Virus record (IMG/VR): IMGVR_UViG_651703017_000001
Location: 63,066-127,065 of that record
DNA: 64,000 bases
From: a virus
Taxonomy: Duplodnaviria; Caudoviricetes
Strand: one strand, 5' to 3'
Shown here: positions 39,512-49,853 of the stretch, piece after piece
Layout: the number at the start of each line of letters is the position of its first letter
Position numbering within the stretch: position 1 is the stretch's first letter
Position numbers and translations under genes: made by a program
The notes under the pieces: model-generated
What the model was told of the DNA's origin: nothing
Database searches by the model: none
The model's input: only the letters and a program-made list of their open reading frames with translations

Positions 39512-39937
39512 ATGGCAGAGTTAAAGAATTTACAAGATGTATTGAGTGCTAAAGAACTAGCGGTTCCGAAGTTCTTGGTCGTTAAGATTGAACAAGATGG
39601 CTACCACAGCATCCCGGGTGGACAAGAGGTTTACTCAGTAGAGAAAGGTAAAGCGATTCACAAGATGGAGCTTGCAGAAGACGGTAAGACTTACGAGTTA
39701 CCAAAACCAAGTGAAGTTGTATTAGCAGAGACAGGGCGAGTAAGTTACTTAAACAACGGTATTAAAGACCCTTACAACCGTAGAGGACCTGTTAGTGTCA
39801 ACATCTCAGAAGATGCAGATGTTAACCGTGCAATGTTAGAATTATTTATTGAGTTTACACGCACACGTAACGAGGTAGGCGTACTCGTACTCACAACAGC
39901 ACGATTGGCGGAATTGGAGCCCCCAAAGAGCGAGTAG
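39512..39937 (+). CDS. Virion (tail-associated) protein, short form
   Basis: 141 aa, RBS AAGGAG; follows holin. Confidence 0.7.
   Translation: MAELKNLQDVLSAKELAVPKFLVVKIEQDGYHSIPGGQEVYSVEKGKAIHKMELAEDGKTYELPKPSEVVLAETGRVSYLNNGIKDPYNRRGPVSVNISEDADVNRAMLELFIEFTRTRNEVGVLVLTTARLAELEPPKSE
39922..39928 (+). other. -1 programmed ribosomal frameshift heptamer C CCA AAG
   Basis: X XXY YYZ in the frame of 39512; the -1 frame is open into the Ig-domain ORF. Confidence 0.8.
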
Positions 39938-40467
39938 GTGTCAGCGAAGTAATCGTGACACCTAAGACCTTATCAGTGTACGTTGGCGAGACGAAGAAAG
40001 TTGTAGCAAAAGTATCACCAGAAAATGCAGACGATAAGACGGTTACATGGGATTCAGGGCACTCTAATCTCGTAAACGTAGTAGACGGAAGCGTTACAGG
40101 CGTTAAAGCAGGTAAAGTAAGCATCTCAGCGAAGGCAGATGGAAAATCTGATGTATGTGAGGTTACTATCTTAGAGCCTATCGTACACCCTAAAAGCGTC
40201 ACTGTAGCGCCAACAAGTGTTACAGTTGACGTTGGTAAAACACAAGCATTAACTGCTACTGTATTGCCTACTAACACAACAGACAAAAAAGTCAACTGGA
40301 AATCAGAAAACATAGCTATTGCAACAGTGTCACCTACCGGTGTAGTGGCAGGCGTAGCCGTACTTACCGAAGAAGAGCAAGCACAGACTTTCGTAGTAGG
40401 TACAACTCAAGCATCACCTAGTGTAACAGTACGAGTACCTGTAACAGTAAAAAAAGTAGTGGAATAA
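39928..40467 (+). CDS. Two Big_2 Ig-like domains, probably the C-terminal extension of 39512 via -1 frameshift (about 318 aa fusion)
   Basis: VGVSEVIVTP..VGE..A.V.P.NA.DK.V.W.S repeated twice; first strand lies upstream of the annotated GTG 39955. Confidence 0.8.
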   Translation, partial: ERVGVSEVIVTPKTLSVYVGETKKVVAKVSPENADDKTVTWDSGHSNLVNVVDGSVTGVKAGKVSISAKADGKSDVCEVTILEPIVHPKSVTVAPTSVTVDVGKTQALTATVLPTNTTDKKVNWKSENIAIATVSPTGVVAGVAVLTEEEQAQTFVVGTTQASPSVTVRVPVTVKKVVE

Positions 40468-40487
40468 GAGTAGTACCTTGAAAACTT

Positions 40488-40530
40488 AACCTAGAACGTC
40501 CCTAAAGATTGGGATATTCTAGGTTTTTTT
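40488..40530 (+). terminator. Intrinsic terminator
   Basis: AACCTAGAA..TTCTAGGTT stem followed by a T run. Confidence 0.8.
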
Positions 40531-40579
40531 GTTGCATTTTTTAACTATCCGTGCTAAGATAGAGACAAGGAGGGATTAT

Positions 40580-41533
40580 ATGAAAGTACAAGTACTTACA
40601 AGACCAAGCATGAACAGTGCGTTCTCTTGCCTACTCATACGAAATGTTACACAAGGCATTGGCGGGGAGTTTGCTTACAAAGAGTGTGCGAAGAGAGAGA
40701 TAGCGGACCTACTTGACCCCCAAGCAGACGTGGTTATCTTAATAGGGTTTAGTTATTACCAAGGCAGTTATTATGACGAGGAGCTAATGGAAAAACTAGA
40801 CTCAGACTGGGGATACCCTTTCAGCGAATGTTTATGGGTAAGCAACTACGGTGATGATGTAACGGCTAAAGCTGTAACACATCTGAGAGCACGTGAGGAC
40901 AAGCAGAGCCTCATTAGAATGTTGTTTAGTACACTGAACAAGCATCCGTTCTTTTCTTCTGCACTGGACAGCTACGGCATTATCGCACCTGTTCACGAAT
41001 ACTACACCACAGGACAAGGTAACGATGGGATTGTGTGCTGTGAGCTGTTCAACATGTATGGTATGAGCTTAGTTGATGAGCTTGCATACAAGACACTCCC
41101 ACAGATTACACAAGAACACTTACCCGTGTTACTTAACCAACTAAGAAACCGTACAACGTACCTCACTAAGAAAGTGCAATCAGCAGTTGTACGAACAGCC
41201 TTTCGTGAAAGTGAACCCCTTAACATTTATGTTATCGGAGCAGATAGGTACCATAATGAGATTGCACAACACCTACTAGATAAGCTAGAAGACACACCAG
41301 AACCAGTAATAATTGTGCTGATATCACGAGACGGAGAAAAAGAGCGCTATACTTTCCGCTCTCGTGGGGTTAACTGTTTAGAGATAGCCAAATTATTTGA
41401 TGAGAATGCTAAAGGGCAACCTTACGCTACGACTGTGTGGGTTAACACGGTCTCGGCAGAGTCACTTGTAGGGGACGTATTAGCAGAAACACTAGACAAA
41501 TTACCAAGTAAAGCGAATTTGTTGTCCGTTTAG
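40580..41533 (+). CDS. Hypothetical protein, remote DHH/DHHA1-like
   Basis: C-terminal YTFRSRGVNCLEIAKLF resembles DHHA1; ATG 40580 after AAGGAGG. Confidence 0.55.
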   Translation: MKVQVLTRPSMNSAFSCLLIRNVTQGIGGEFAYKECAKREIADLLDPQADVVILIGFSYYQGSYYDEELMEKLDSDWGYPFSECLWVSNYGDDVTAKAVTHLRAREDKQSLIRMLFSTLNKHPFFSSALDSYGIIAPVHEYYTTGQGNDGIVCCELFNMYGMSLVDELAYKTLPQITQEHLPVLLNQLRNRTTYLTKKVQSAVVRTAFRESEPLNIYVIGADRYHNEIAQHLLDKLEDTPEPVIIVLISRDGEKERYTFRSRGVNCLEIAKLFDENAKGQPYATTVWVNTVSAESLVGDVLAETLDKLPSKANLLSV

Positions 41534-41586
41534 CACCTTTGTGTGGTATAATAAGGACAGCACCAATTAGAGGAGGAGTATTAAAT

Positions 41587-42891
41587 ATGACGAAGCACTA
41601 CTCAGAGGAGCAAAAGTTAAAAGATATAAAGAGAATCAAGGAGTCTGACGATATTTACAGTATCTACGCCGTAATTTTCGGGGAGGTTGCACGAGCAACA
41701 GGTACTATCCCGTTAGTACGTGTTAACAAGGTACTTCGAGAGTTAGGGTATGAGCCTATGAAACGTGCAGACATCTCTTATGTCGTAGGGATGATTAAAG
41801 GCGACGAGGCGCTAAACCGCATATATGAACAGACGTGGGCTAGTGAACTTACAATCTCAATCGTTCCAAACGCAAGCGGTAAAGTAGGAGCAGTAAGTCC
41901 AAAAGAGATGTACGACATCGTGTCACCTACCTTTATAGACAACTACTCTGCACGAACAAGCATTAACGAGTTTAGACGATGGCAGAAACGTGGTGCCCAA
42001 CAAATCTTAATGAGTAATGGCGTGCAAGAGGCAATCCTTGAAGTGTTCTCAGACTACAAGCTACCGGAGGTTCCTAAAGCTAAAACTGAGTTAGGTAAAA
42101 ACACGTTAGTAGTTACTCCTTCTGATTGGCATGTAGGTGCCCTCATTAGAGGCGTAGAAGGTAACTCGTATAACTTCGATGTATTCAACGAGCGTATGCA
42201 GGAATACATTAGTGAAGTTCACGCAACAGCATTAGACCCATCAGCAGACATTGGCGAAATTGTATTGGTACACCTAGGTGACTTTATCGAGGGTGTGGAT
42301 ATGCGTAATGTTAACCAGTCGTTCGATGCAGAGTTCTCAGCAACTAAGCAAATTGCCCTAGCATTACGAGCGTACGTGGAGATGGTTCACACGTTATCTT
42401 ACCTAGGTATCCCTATGATAGTAGGCGCTATCGGTGGTAACCATGACCGATACACAGCTAACAAAAAAGAAGCCATCTACAATGATAACATTGCCTACAA
42501 TATTGTAGACACATTAATCCTATTGAGCGATACAGGCATGTTCGGCGAACACGTAACAGTAGTAGACAATAGAGAAGATGTGTATAGCTTGACAATCAAC
42601 TCCCGTAATAAGAATATCTTATTCCGTCACGGTGACTTTGAAGCTAAGAACGGTGTTAAGATAACTAAACACATTAAGACAGAGGTTATTGACTACTTAT
42701 TTTTAGGTCACTATCACTCAATCACGATTAACCAAGAGGATTATGCACGTTTTGCTATCACAGTAGGGTCTATCATGGGACATAACACGTATAGTAAGCA
42801 GTTGTCGTTACCATCAACCGAAGCCTCACAAATGATGACAGTGCTAACTGCGAAGTCTATGATACCTATTCCTGTATTCTTTGACATGTAA
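41587..42891 (+). CDS. Calcineurin-like metallophosphoesterase
   Basis: SDWHVG, LGDFIEG, GNHDR, RHGD, LGHYH. Confidence 0.85.
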   Translation: MTKHYSEEQKLKDIKRIKESDDIYSIYAVIFGEVARATGTIPLVRVNKVLRELGYEPMKRADISYVVGMIKGDEALNRIYEQTWASELTISIVPNASGKVGAVSPKEMYDIVSPTFIDNYSARTSINEFRRWQKRGAQQILMSNGVQEAILEVFSDYKLPEVPKAKTELGKNTLVVTPSDWHVGALIRGVEGNSYNFDVFNERMQEYISEVHATALDPSADIGEIVLVHLGDFIEGVDMRNVNQSFDAEFSATKQIALALRAYVEMVHTLSYLGIPMIVGAIGGNHDRYTANKKEAIYNDNIAYNIVDTLILLSDTGMFGEHVTVVDNREDVYSLTINSRNKNILFRHGDFEAKNGVKITKHIKTEVIDYLFLGHYHSITINQEDYARFAITVGSIMGHNTYSKQLSLPSTEASQMMTVLTAKSMIPIPVFFDM

Positions 42892-42904
42892 AGGAGGAGC
42901 AACA

Positions 42905-43270
42905 ATGAATTATATCGTATTAGGCATGCTGGTGGCTGTAGCCATCGGTTCCGCCTTAACCATATGGAAGACGCATACAAAGTGTGTGGCGTTACTCGCT
43001 AAAGAGGACTTTGGTAGCTTACCAGAGTCAGCAGAGGCTAAGGCGTTCTTCGCTAAAGTAGACAAGAAGCGCACGTGGCGTTCCTTATTAGCTGTTGTGC
43101 TTATCTACGGGGCAACGATTGCAGGTGTGGTTCTCATGCCAACACTACCTATCTTACATCAAATAGGGGTAGCTATTGTTGCTTATGTTGTTACAAGTGT
43201 GTTAAGCTACACAGTAGCGCTTGCTATTATTAAGCAAGCTCAGAAAGAGTTAAGTGGAGGTGAGGGTTAG
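42905..43270 (+). CDS. Membrane protein
   Basis: Three hydrophobic segments; RBS AAGGAGG. Confidence 0.7.
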   Translation: MNYIVLGMLVAVAIGSALTIWKTHTKCVALLAKEDFGSLPESAEAKAFFAKVDKKRTWRSLLAVVLIYGATIAGVVLMPTLPILHQIGVAIVAYVVTSVLSYTVALAIIKQAQKELSGGEG

Positions 43271-43836
43271 TGGTTAATCAGCTAACAGCCCAACAAGCAC
43301 AGCAGATAAGGTACCAACGAGACGGTGTGTTTTACACGCCTAACAGCATCGCAGGCGATAAGAAAGACCCAGAGCCATTGTATTATGTACGTACGTTGAT
43401 AGATGCTAACAGCACTCGGGTAGCTGTGTATAGCGTAGACCAAGAGACATACAGGAAATCTAAAGGGAAAACAGTAAGACCAGAGCAACAGCTAATACAA
43501 ACAAAGACCTTTAAACCCGGTACTACCCTTTCAGATAGCGCTAATGCTATTATATCTAAACGCCCTACAAAGAGTAAATACAAAGTAGCCCCACCCCTGT
43601 TTGTGACCTATACAAAAGAGGGTGTGTCTACTTGGACAGGTAAAGAGGGCGAGGGCTTTATGGAGTACACCTCTGACATCGTAGGTCATAACGGAAACTT
43701 AGTGAGTAGAGGAGACATCACAGGCGTATTCATTCTCTTATCAGAGGTGGAGTGGTTTAGTGAACCTACATTAGAATACTCATCAGTAGTTAGGGCGATA
43801 GGTGTTAGCCCTTCTCAACCATGGTACAACGTATGA
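43270..43836 (+). CDS. Conserved hypothetical protein
   Basis: 188 aa, coupled to neighbours. Confidence 0.65.
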   Translation: MVNQLTAQQAQQIRYQRDGVFYTPNSIAGDKKDPEPLYYVRTLIDANSTRVAVYSVDQETYRKSKGKTVRPEQQLIQTKTFKPGTTLSDSANAIISKRPTKSKYKVAPPLFVTYTKEGVSTWTGKEGEGFMEYTSDIVGHNGNLVSRGDITGVFILLSEVEWFSEPTLEYSSVVRAIGVSPSQPWYNV

Positions 43837-44537
43837 CAGAAAAGGATAAGAGTTACGAGATAGATATTAAAGGTCTTGTACTGGACCACCCACATCTGTT
43901 TGGCAACATTGGCTCCTCCGAGGTTGTGTTTGAGAAAGCTATTAGCAAGTACTCAGTGATTGCTGATTGCCTTATATTCTCAAGCAACCTTGGTGTTATA
44001 GGGGTGGAAATAAAGACAGGTAGGGATAGTACCCGTAGATTAAACAAGCAGTTATTTGCTTACGAGAAGATATGTGACTTTGTGTACGTCTTCTGCCATG
44101 AAACTAAAGTGGCAGGCGTAGAGAAAATATTAGATAACCACAACCACCCCGATGTAGGATTAATTACTTACGCTGAGTATAGCGGTGAAACACAATTCGG
44201 TAAGATAAGGGATTCAAACACGAGCACCCACTATGACGCACGAGAGTTACTCAATGTCTTGTGGAAGACTGAGCTATTGAGGATTGCAAGGAGCGCCTCA
44301 TTAACTACACACCAGTTAGCCAATATGGACAAGAGTTTAGTAGTATCTGTCCCTCGTCATGCTATGCAATACGTTCCACAGAGCTTAAGAGGGAACTTAT
44401 CTAAGCGAGCAATAATAGACTATATTATGGGCTTGTTTGGACCGCTAGGCGCAACACAGATAGTCGTAGACATGTATATCGAAGGTACACATGACCCAGC
44501 TAAACTCATAAAAACCTATCACATCGGAGGTGTTTAG
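43833..44537 (+). CDS. sce7726-family PD-(D/E)xK nuclease-like protein
   Basis: E..I....AD...GVEIKT.RDS..RL.KQL..Y...CD.VYV; ATGA overlap start. Confidence 0.7.
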   Translation: MTEKDKSYEIDIKGLVLDHPHLFGNIGSSEVVFEKAISKYSVIADCLIFSSNLGVIGVEIKTGRDSTRRLNKQLFAYEKICDFVYVFCHETKVAGVEKILDNHNHPDVGLITYAEYSGETQFGKIRDSNTSTHYDARELLNVLWKTELLRIARSASLTTHQLANMDKSLVVSVPRHAMQYVPQSLRGNLSKRAIIDYIMGLFGPLGATQIVVDMYIEGTHDPAKLIKTYHIGGV

Positions 44538-44539
44538 AT

Positions 44540-45010
44540 ATGGCAGGTGGCGGTAATTTAAACAGTGGGCGACTCCACTCAGATTATAAAGCAGGTTTAA
44601 AAGCCCAAAGAGAAGGTGTAAAAGGCAAGTACCGTGTTGCCTTTGTTCGCACCTTTGAGGGGCTAACCCCTTTGGAAATTGATATGAGAATGGATTACGC
44701 AAGGTCAATGATAGCAGAGCACATTAAATGTGATATACCTGCAATGATTAACTTTAGGAGACATAAGCTTTCTGAGAAAGTTAACTTGACAAGCAAGGAT
44801 GAAATGAGTTATGTTAAACAAGGGACTAAGACCATTGGCAAAGTCAACATACGTACTCAAAGAGGGTTCAAGGGTTATACATTAATCGTAGTATACCAAG
44901 AGAAGTACACACCGCCAACACAGTCACACCTTAAACTAGGTAGCTTGACAAAAATGTCACCAACTGAGCAGAAGATAAAGAACCGTAAAGCACGAACAAA
45001 ACGTAAGTAA
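44540..45010 (+). CDS. Basic hypothetical protein
   Basis: 156 aa, RBS GGAGGT. Confidence 0.7.
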   Translation: MAGGGNLNSGRLHSDYKAGLKAQREGVKGKYRVAFVRTFEGLTPLEIDMRMDYARSMIAEHIKCDIPAMINFRRHKLSEKVNLTSKDEMSYVKQGTKTIGKVNIRTQRGFKGYTLIVVYQEKYTPPTQSHLKLGSLTKMSPTEQKIKNRKARTKRK

Positions 45011-45027
45011 TTGAGGAGGATGTTAAA

Positions 45028-45792
45028 ATGGCAGTTAAATACACTAAAGCAACACCTGTACGTTTACGACGAGCAATTGAGAGTAAGGCACTTGTAGGGG
45101 TAAAGTTCTCAAGCAATTTCTTGTCACAGGATATCCCGTGTGCACCCTATCTAACAAACCTAGAGATGAAGAATGACTACTTCTCAGGTACGATTAAGCT
45201 TTTACCTCGTAATGAGGCACAAGAAACAATTGTAGACCTTATGCTTACTTACTTTGAGGGTACTAACCGAGGTTACTTAACCGAAGAAGAGGACAGCCAC
45301 AGTACTTTCAGATTACAGCTACCTGACTACTCAATTACAGTTGCAGAGAGTATCTTGGTAGGTGTTAAAACAACTACATTCGTTTTAGAGGCACCTGAGG
45401 AGGGCACAGAGAACGACAACTCACGCCAGAAGGTAACGTTAACCTTTCATGAGGAAGAGGGCTTGTACACGCTCTCACCGTACGTTAACAAGGTGCTTAC
45501 TACATCAACTCTCGCTAACTTACTACCTAAGATTGCAGATGCAACTTATGGTATGACAATCATTAATGCGTTTACTACCACACCAGATGCGGAGACAACA
45601 ATTATGCCTGAGGATTCTTGGGTAACATCTGACGATAAAGGGCATATCATGTCATTCTATTCTAAGTTCAACCAGCACACTATCCAGTTAGATGGTGCGC
45701 AAGGTAAGCTCTATGCAGGACCATCAGGTGTTATGTACCTAGACATAGATTTAGCAAGTAAAGGCACCATCACTCGAGTTACAATAGCTTAA
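45028..45792 (+). CDS. Hypothetical protein
   Basis: 254 aa, RBS GAGGAGG; followed by terminator 45796-45823. Confidence 0.7.
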   Translation: MAVKYTKATPVRLRRAIESKALVGVKFSSNFLSQDIPCAPYLTNLEMKNDYFSGTIKLLPRNEAQETIVDLMLTYFEGTNRGYLTEEEDSHSTFRLQLPDYSITVAESILVGVKTTTFVLEAPEEGTENDNSRQKVTLTFHEEEGLYTLSPYVNKVLTTSTLANLLPKIADATYGMTIINAFTTTPDAETTIMPEDSWVTSDDKGHIMSFYSKFNQHTIQLDGAQGKLYAGPSGVMYLDIDLASKGTITRVTIA

Positions 45793-45898
45793 CGTAAAGC
45801 CACCTTTAATTAGGTGGTTTTTTAATGTTGACAAACTTAACATACCATGTTAATCTAAGAGAGTAATACAAATAACTAATAAAGGGGATACGCTAAAA

Positions 45899-47656
45899 AT
45901 GTTAAAGGAAGAATATAGTAAAATGTTAGACAAACACGCAGATACAAACCTAGGAGTCCCAGAAGAGCCTTACTACGGGAAGGTAGTGACACGTGTACGA
46001 GTATACACAAAGACGAGCACGTCATTCTCGTTAATGGCAGAGGTAAAATCAGTAAGTTCAGGGGAATACAAATACTATGAGGTTATCATGGACTACTTAA
46101 AAGCGGAGCTTATCATTCTCTTAGACGAAAAAGTAGTGGCACCGTCAGCTCAATTACTCGGTATTTTGTTTATGTCACCCAATATTGATGATTTGATTTC
46201 TGTAGAAAGTAACAAAGGTTTATTTTCACATCTAGGGCACAGCCTAGGTAATATGTACGGCGAAAATGTTAAACACCCTATTGGGAGAGGCATTTACCGT
46301 TACCTTACGGAGTACCCTATTGCAGAGCCCTTGTGGCACGCTACTAAGTTAACGTATCCCGCACAAAGACTCGTGACCGCTCAGTTAATAGCTGATTACG
46401 TTGGTTCAACGAGTATTGCTAAGATATTAGGTCTGTCTCGTAAGCAGTGGTCAAAACAAGATGACATAGCTAAGGGTCATCTAGTAGAGTTAATATTATC
46501 TCGGAATAGCAAAGAGTGGGCAGTGTCATATACGTCTCGAGTTAGTTACAGTGGTAGTCGCCTTCTCTCGGTTCAAGAGGTTATAGCCTACGATAAAGAT
46601 AATCAGGACTATGACCGCTTATCCGAGGGTGTACGAACCTCTAAACTACCGAGATGGCGTTCATACGGAAGGTACAAGGACGACATTGAATCACGTATCT
46701 GGTTCTCCCGAAATAGAAAGCGTATTTTGGAAGGTTACCTACTAGACCCTGAGGAGTTTAAGGGCATAGATTACTCAGAAGGAGTGGTACTTGTTAACCA
46801 CACAACACAGCCTGTTATTGCACACAGCGAGAACGTGGCACTTTGGTTCATATACGCACTCAATCAATATGCGTCTACCAACCTCAAGGAGTTACGAGAT
46901 AGCGCAATAGAGCTTATAGACAGTGACATTGAACGAAGGGCAAACAGAAAACAGTTGGATGACATCCTTATCCCTCTGTCCGAGAAGTACCATTACGAGC
47001 TAGACGAGGGTCTCTACCTAGACATAGAAGACGCCCTCACACGGTACCCTTTGGACCGCCACGTTCGAGAGGGCAGACCTAAAGAGCTTATCTCGTATCT
47101 ATACCTTGCGTATCACCAGCAAGCGCTTAATTGCCGTACGACAGCATACGAGCTATGTGATTACTGGAATATGACAGAAGGTATTAAGGCTAAGAAGTAC
47201 CCTAATAGCCTAAGACTATCGCATGACCTAGCCCAACGAAACTACAAGATAATTGAAAACAAAGCGCTAAAAGAGAAACTACAGAAGCAGTATGACGAGA
47301 CCTATAAGCTGTTTCATTGGAAAGGGCGAGAACAGCTTAACGGTTGGGAGATAGTAGTACCAAAAGAGGCTCGTGATTTTGCCCAAGAAGGTGCTCAGAT
47401 GAATAACTGTGTTGCTTCTTACGCTAATCGTGTAGCTAATGGAGGCACCCTTATTCTGTTCCTACGGGTAACCAAAGGAGAGACCATGAAGTCTAGTGTT
47501 ACTATCGAGCTCTCTACAAAAACAAAAGGGGAAGACTACACTATTGTGCAGTGTCTAGGTAACTCTAATCGTAGACTAACACCTCAACAAGAAGAAGTAG
47601 TCTCAGCGTGGATACGCTCACGTAAACGAGAAGGGGTAACCATTGCTAGACGATAA
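45899..47656 (+). CDS. PcfJ-domain protein
   Basis: C-terminal DY..M, YP.SL.LSHD, EG.QMNNCVASY, ILFLR, TIEL, VQ..G..NR; promoter TTGACA(45828). Confidence 0.8.
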   Translation: MLKEEYSKMLDKHADTNLGVPEEPYYGKVVTRVRVYTKTSTSFSLMAEVKSVSSGEYKYYEVIMDYLKAELIILLDEKVVAPSAQLLGILFMSPNIDDLISVESNKGLFSHLGHSLGNMYGENVKHPIGRGIYRYLTEYPIAEPLWHATKLTYPAQRLVTAQLIADYVGSTSIAKILGLSRKQWSKQDDIAKGHLVELILSRNSKEWAVSYTSRVSYSGSRLLSVQEVIAYDKDNQDYDRLSEGVRTSKLPRWRSYGRYKDDIESRIWFSRNRKRILEGYLLDPEEFKGIDYSEGVVLVNHTTQPVIAHSENVALWFIYALNQYASTNLKELRDSAIELIDSDIERRANRKQLDDILIPLSEKYHYELDEGLYLDIEDALTRYPLDRHVREGRPKELISYLYLAYHQQALNCRTTAYELCDYWNMTEGIKAKKYPNSLRLSHDLAQRNYKIIENKALKEKLQKQYDETYKLFHWKGREQLNGWEIVVPKEARDFAQEGAQMNNCVASYANRVANGGTLILFLRVTKGETMKSSVTIELSTKTKGEDYTIVQCLGNSNRRLTPQQEEVVSAWIRSRKREGVTIARR

Positions 47657-47766
47657 ATACAGGGCATGACAAAAGAAACTTTAATTAGTTTCTTTTTGTT
47701 TGTTGACAAGTAAAAGTCTACATGGTATACTAAGGTTATCAAATGAGAGAAAGAGGAGAATATAAA

Positions 47767-48543
47767 ATGAAAACACGATTAACATTGGTAACATCATTAA
47801 ATGGAGCGTTAACAGATGAACAAGGAGCACCTCTGTTCAAGTCACGTTCAGCAGGAGACGTCCTAGTCATCCCTGAGGAGTACTACGGTACGTACAAAGA
47901 GACGGAAGACGTTACAGTCCTATGTGTTAAAAAAGAAAACAACAATAAGGAATGGCTAGAAGCATCCATAGGTACCTTTACATCTGAGGACTTAGTAAAT
48001 GTCATCCCTAACGTGGAGATGTATGAGGCGTTAATAGCATCAAATATTAAGTTTGACAATGTAGTTGTAGAGGTACGTCACGAAAACGTAGCAGAGTACA
48101 AGGGTTACCTACCAGTAGCTAGTATTGGACGTATGACACGTCAATACAAGGACTTACAGGCATATAAAGCAAACGCTAACCTAAGCGTGTTATCATTTAC
48201 TCATGGCGAAGCATTAGAAGATTACCAACCAGAAAAGTACGATTTCTCTGACTCTTCTTTAGGTGTAGTGGATGCGTTAAACTATGCGTTCATCTTAGAA
48301 GGCATTTCAGCAGTGTGTACACCAACTGTATCTGACCGAGTAGCCTTTATCAACGATTTAACAGCAGTTACTGTTCGTTATGTCGTACGAGGGCAGGACT
48401 TTAAGATTGTCAAGGGTACCGAGATTCTTTACAATTACGAACCGACTACGTACCCCTCATCAATCCCTACCGATGAGATTGTGGAGAAGGTCTTACAAGC
48501 TATTAACACAGAGTGGAAAACGAAACGAGGAGGAGTAAAATGA
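47767..48543 (+). CDS. Hypothetical protein, N-terminus weakly DHFR/RibD-like
   Basis: LTLVTSLNGAL start; coupled to thyA; promoter TTGACA(47703)-17-TATACT. Confidence 0.55.
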   Translation: MKTRLTLVTSLNGALTDEQGAPLFKSRSAGDVLVIPEEYYGTYKETEDVTVLCVKKENNNKEWLEASIGTFTSEDLVNVIPNVEMYEALIASNIKFDNVVVEVRHENVAEYKGYLPVASIGRMTRQYKDLQAYKANANLSVLSFTHGEALEDYQPEKYDFSDSSLGVVDALNYAFILEGISAVCTPTVSDRVAFINDLTAVTVRYVVRGQDFKIVKGTEILYNYEPTTYPSSIPTDEIVEKVLQAINTEWKTKRGGVK

Positions 48544-49454
48544 GTATCAATTCACAGTATTTAGACGGTTTATTCCGTATTTTCGATGAGGGACATGATG
48601 AACCTGCACGAGGACACTACCAAGACGGGACACAAGCACGACATTTAATTATCCCATCTATGGAAATCACCCTCAAAGCAGAGGAAACAGGGAGATTGTC
48701 CTTGAAACACGTAGGGGCTAAGGACCCAATTAAGGAGATGCTTTGGATTTATCAAAAAGCGTCATCCGATGTTACTGAGCTACAAGAGATGGGCTGTAAG
48801 GTTTGGAATAACACCGCATGGCACTCATCAGAAAACAATATTGCACCTGCATATGGGCATCAAATCGCTAAAATTACCCGAGTTAAGGGTAAAACTGAGC
48901 AAATTCTAGCATATCAGCAAGCAATGTATGGGGTACCTATCCACGACTCACTACTACCTAAGGCAATTAACACCTTTAAAATGAACCAGATGCACAGGGT
49001 TATCTGGGATTTAGTAAACGACCCTCACTCTAAGCGTATCGCAACAGAGCTATGGAACGTTTCCGACTTAGATGATATGGTCCTTCCCCCATGTGTTCAC
49101 CGTACAGAGTGGTCAGTTATCGGTGGTAAGCTACATCTTAAGGTGCTACAGCGTAGTGCGGACTATTGTGTAGGTGTACCTTACAACATCTATCAGTTTG
49201 ATGTGCTACGTCGTATGGTATCTGTAGCTACAGGCATTCCTTTAGGGGATTACGTGCATAATATGAGTAACGTGCACATCTATGACCGACATATTCCAGA
49301 TGCTTTCGAGATGGCTAAAACAGACGTAGACAGCATTCCTGAGACAAAGCCAGTCAGTATTAATAAAAAAGGGTTTGCTCGAATGAAGTTAGACGATATG
49401 TACCATGACCCAGCTTACGAAGCACCTAAGTACAAGTTCGAGATTGTAGAGTAG
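48540..49454 (+). CDS. thyA: Thymidylate synthase
   Basis: EMLWI, AYG.Q, P.SKRI, LPPCVH, QRSAD..GVPYN, HIYDRH. Confidence 0.9.
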   Translation: MSINSQYLDGLFRIFDEGHDEPARGHYQDGTQARHLIIPSMEITLKAEETGRLSLKHVGAKDPIKEMLWIYQKASSDVTELQEMGCKVWNNTAWHSSENNIAPAYGHQIAKITRVKGKTEQILAYQQAMYGVPIHDSLLPKAINTFKMNQMHRVIWDLVNDPHSKRIATELWNVSDLDDMVLPPCVHRTEWSVIGGKLHLKVLQRSADYCVGVPYNIYQFDVLRRMVSVATGIPLGDYVHNMSNVHIYDRHIPDAFEMAKTDVDSIPETKPVSINKKGFARMKLDDMYHDPAYEAPKYKFEIVE

Positions 49455-49487
49455 GCTATATTATAAAGAAAGGAGCTGACTGATATT

Positions 49488-49853
49488 ATGACATTATTAG
49501 AGATGACAGATACGAACCTATCAAGAGACTTGCGAGTGGCAATTGATTACGCTATTGCTGACGGGGTTGCTAAACGAGATACCGAGGCGCTACTTCTATT
49601 CCCTCCCTTGTTACAGAGAGAGATGCTTAATAAAGAGGTAGATGTAGTAAGTGCAATTGCTAAACTAGGTTATGAGGTAAAGTCAAACAACACAAACAAA
49701 GGTAAGTGGAACGGTTGGGCGTTAGGAAATGGGACATTAGACAACCCTATCCCAAGCAAGTACACAGGACGAGACGTTAACCGCACAGAAGTTGTAAAAA
49801 CAGAGGTTAATTCACTCAATTTCCGCCTTTGGGTGATACTTCCAAACACGTAA
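49488..49853 (+). CDS. Hypothetical protein
   Basis: 121 aa, RBS AAGGAG. Confidence 0.65.
   Translation: MTLLEMTDTNLSRDLRVAIDYAIADGVAKRDTEALLLFPPLLQREMLNKEVDVVSAIAKLGYEVKSNNTNKGKWNGWALGNGTLDNPIPSKYTGRDVNRTEVVKTEVNSLNFRLWVILPNT

Noticed and set aside
48540-49454. Base-modifying hydroxymethylase system
   Set aside because: Canonical ThyA motifs and no adjacent modification genes recognised; a dUMP hydroxymethylase cannot be fully excluded without a phylogeny
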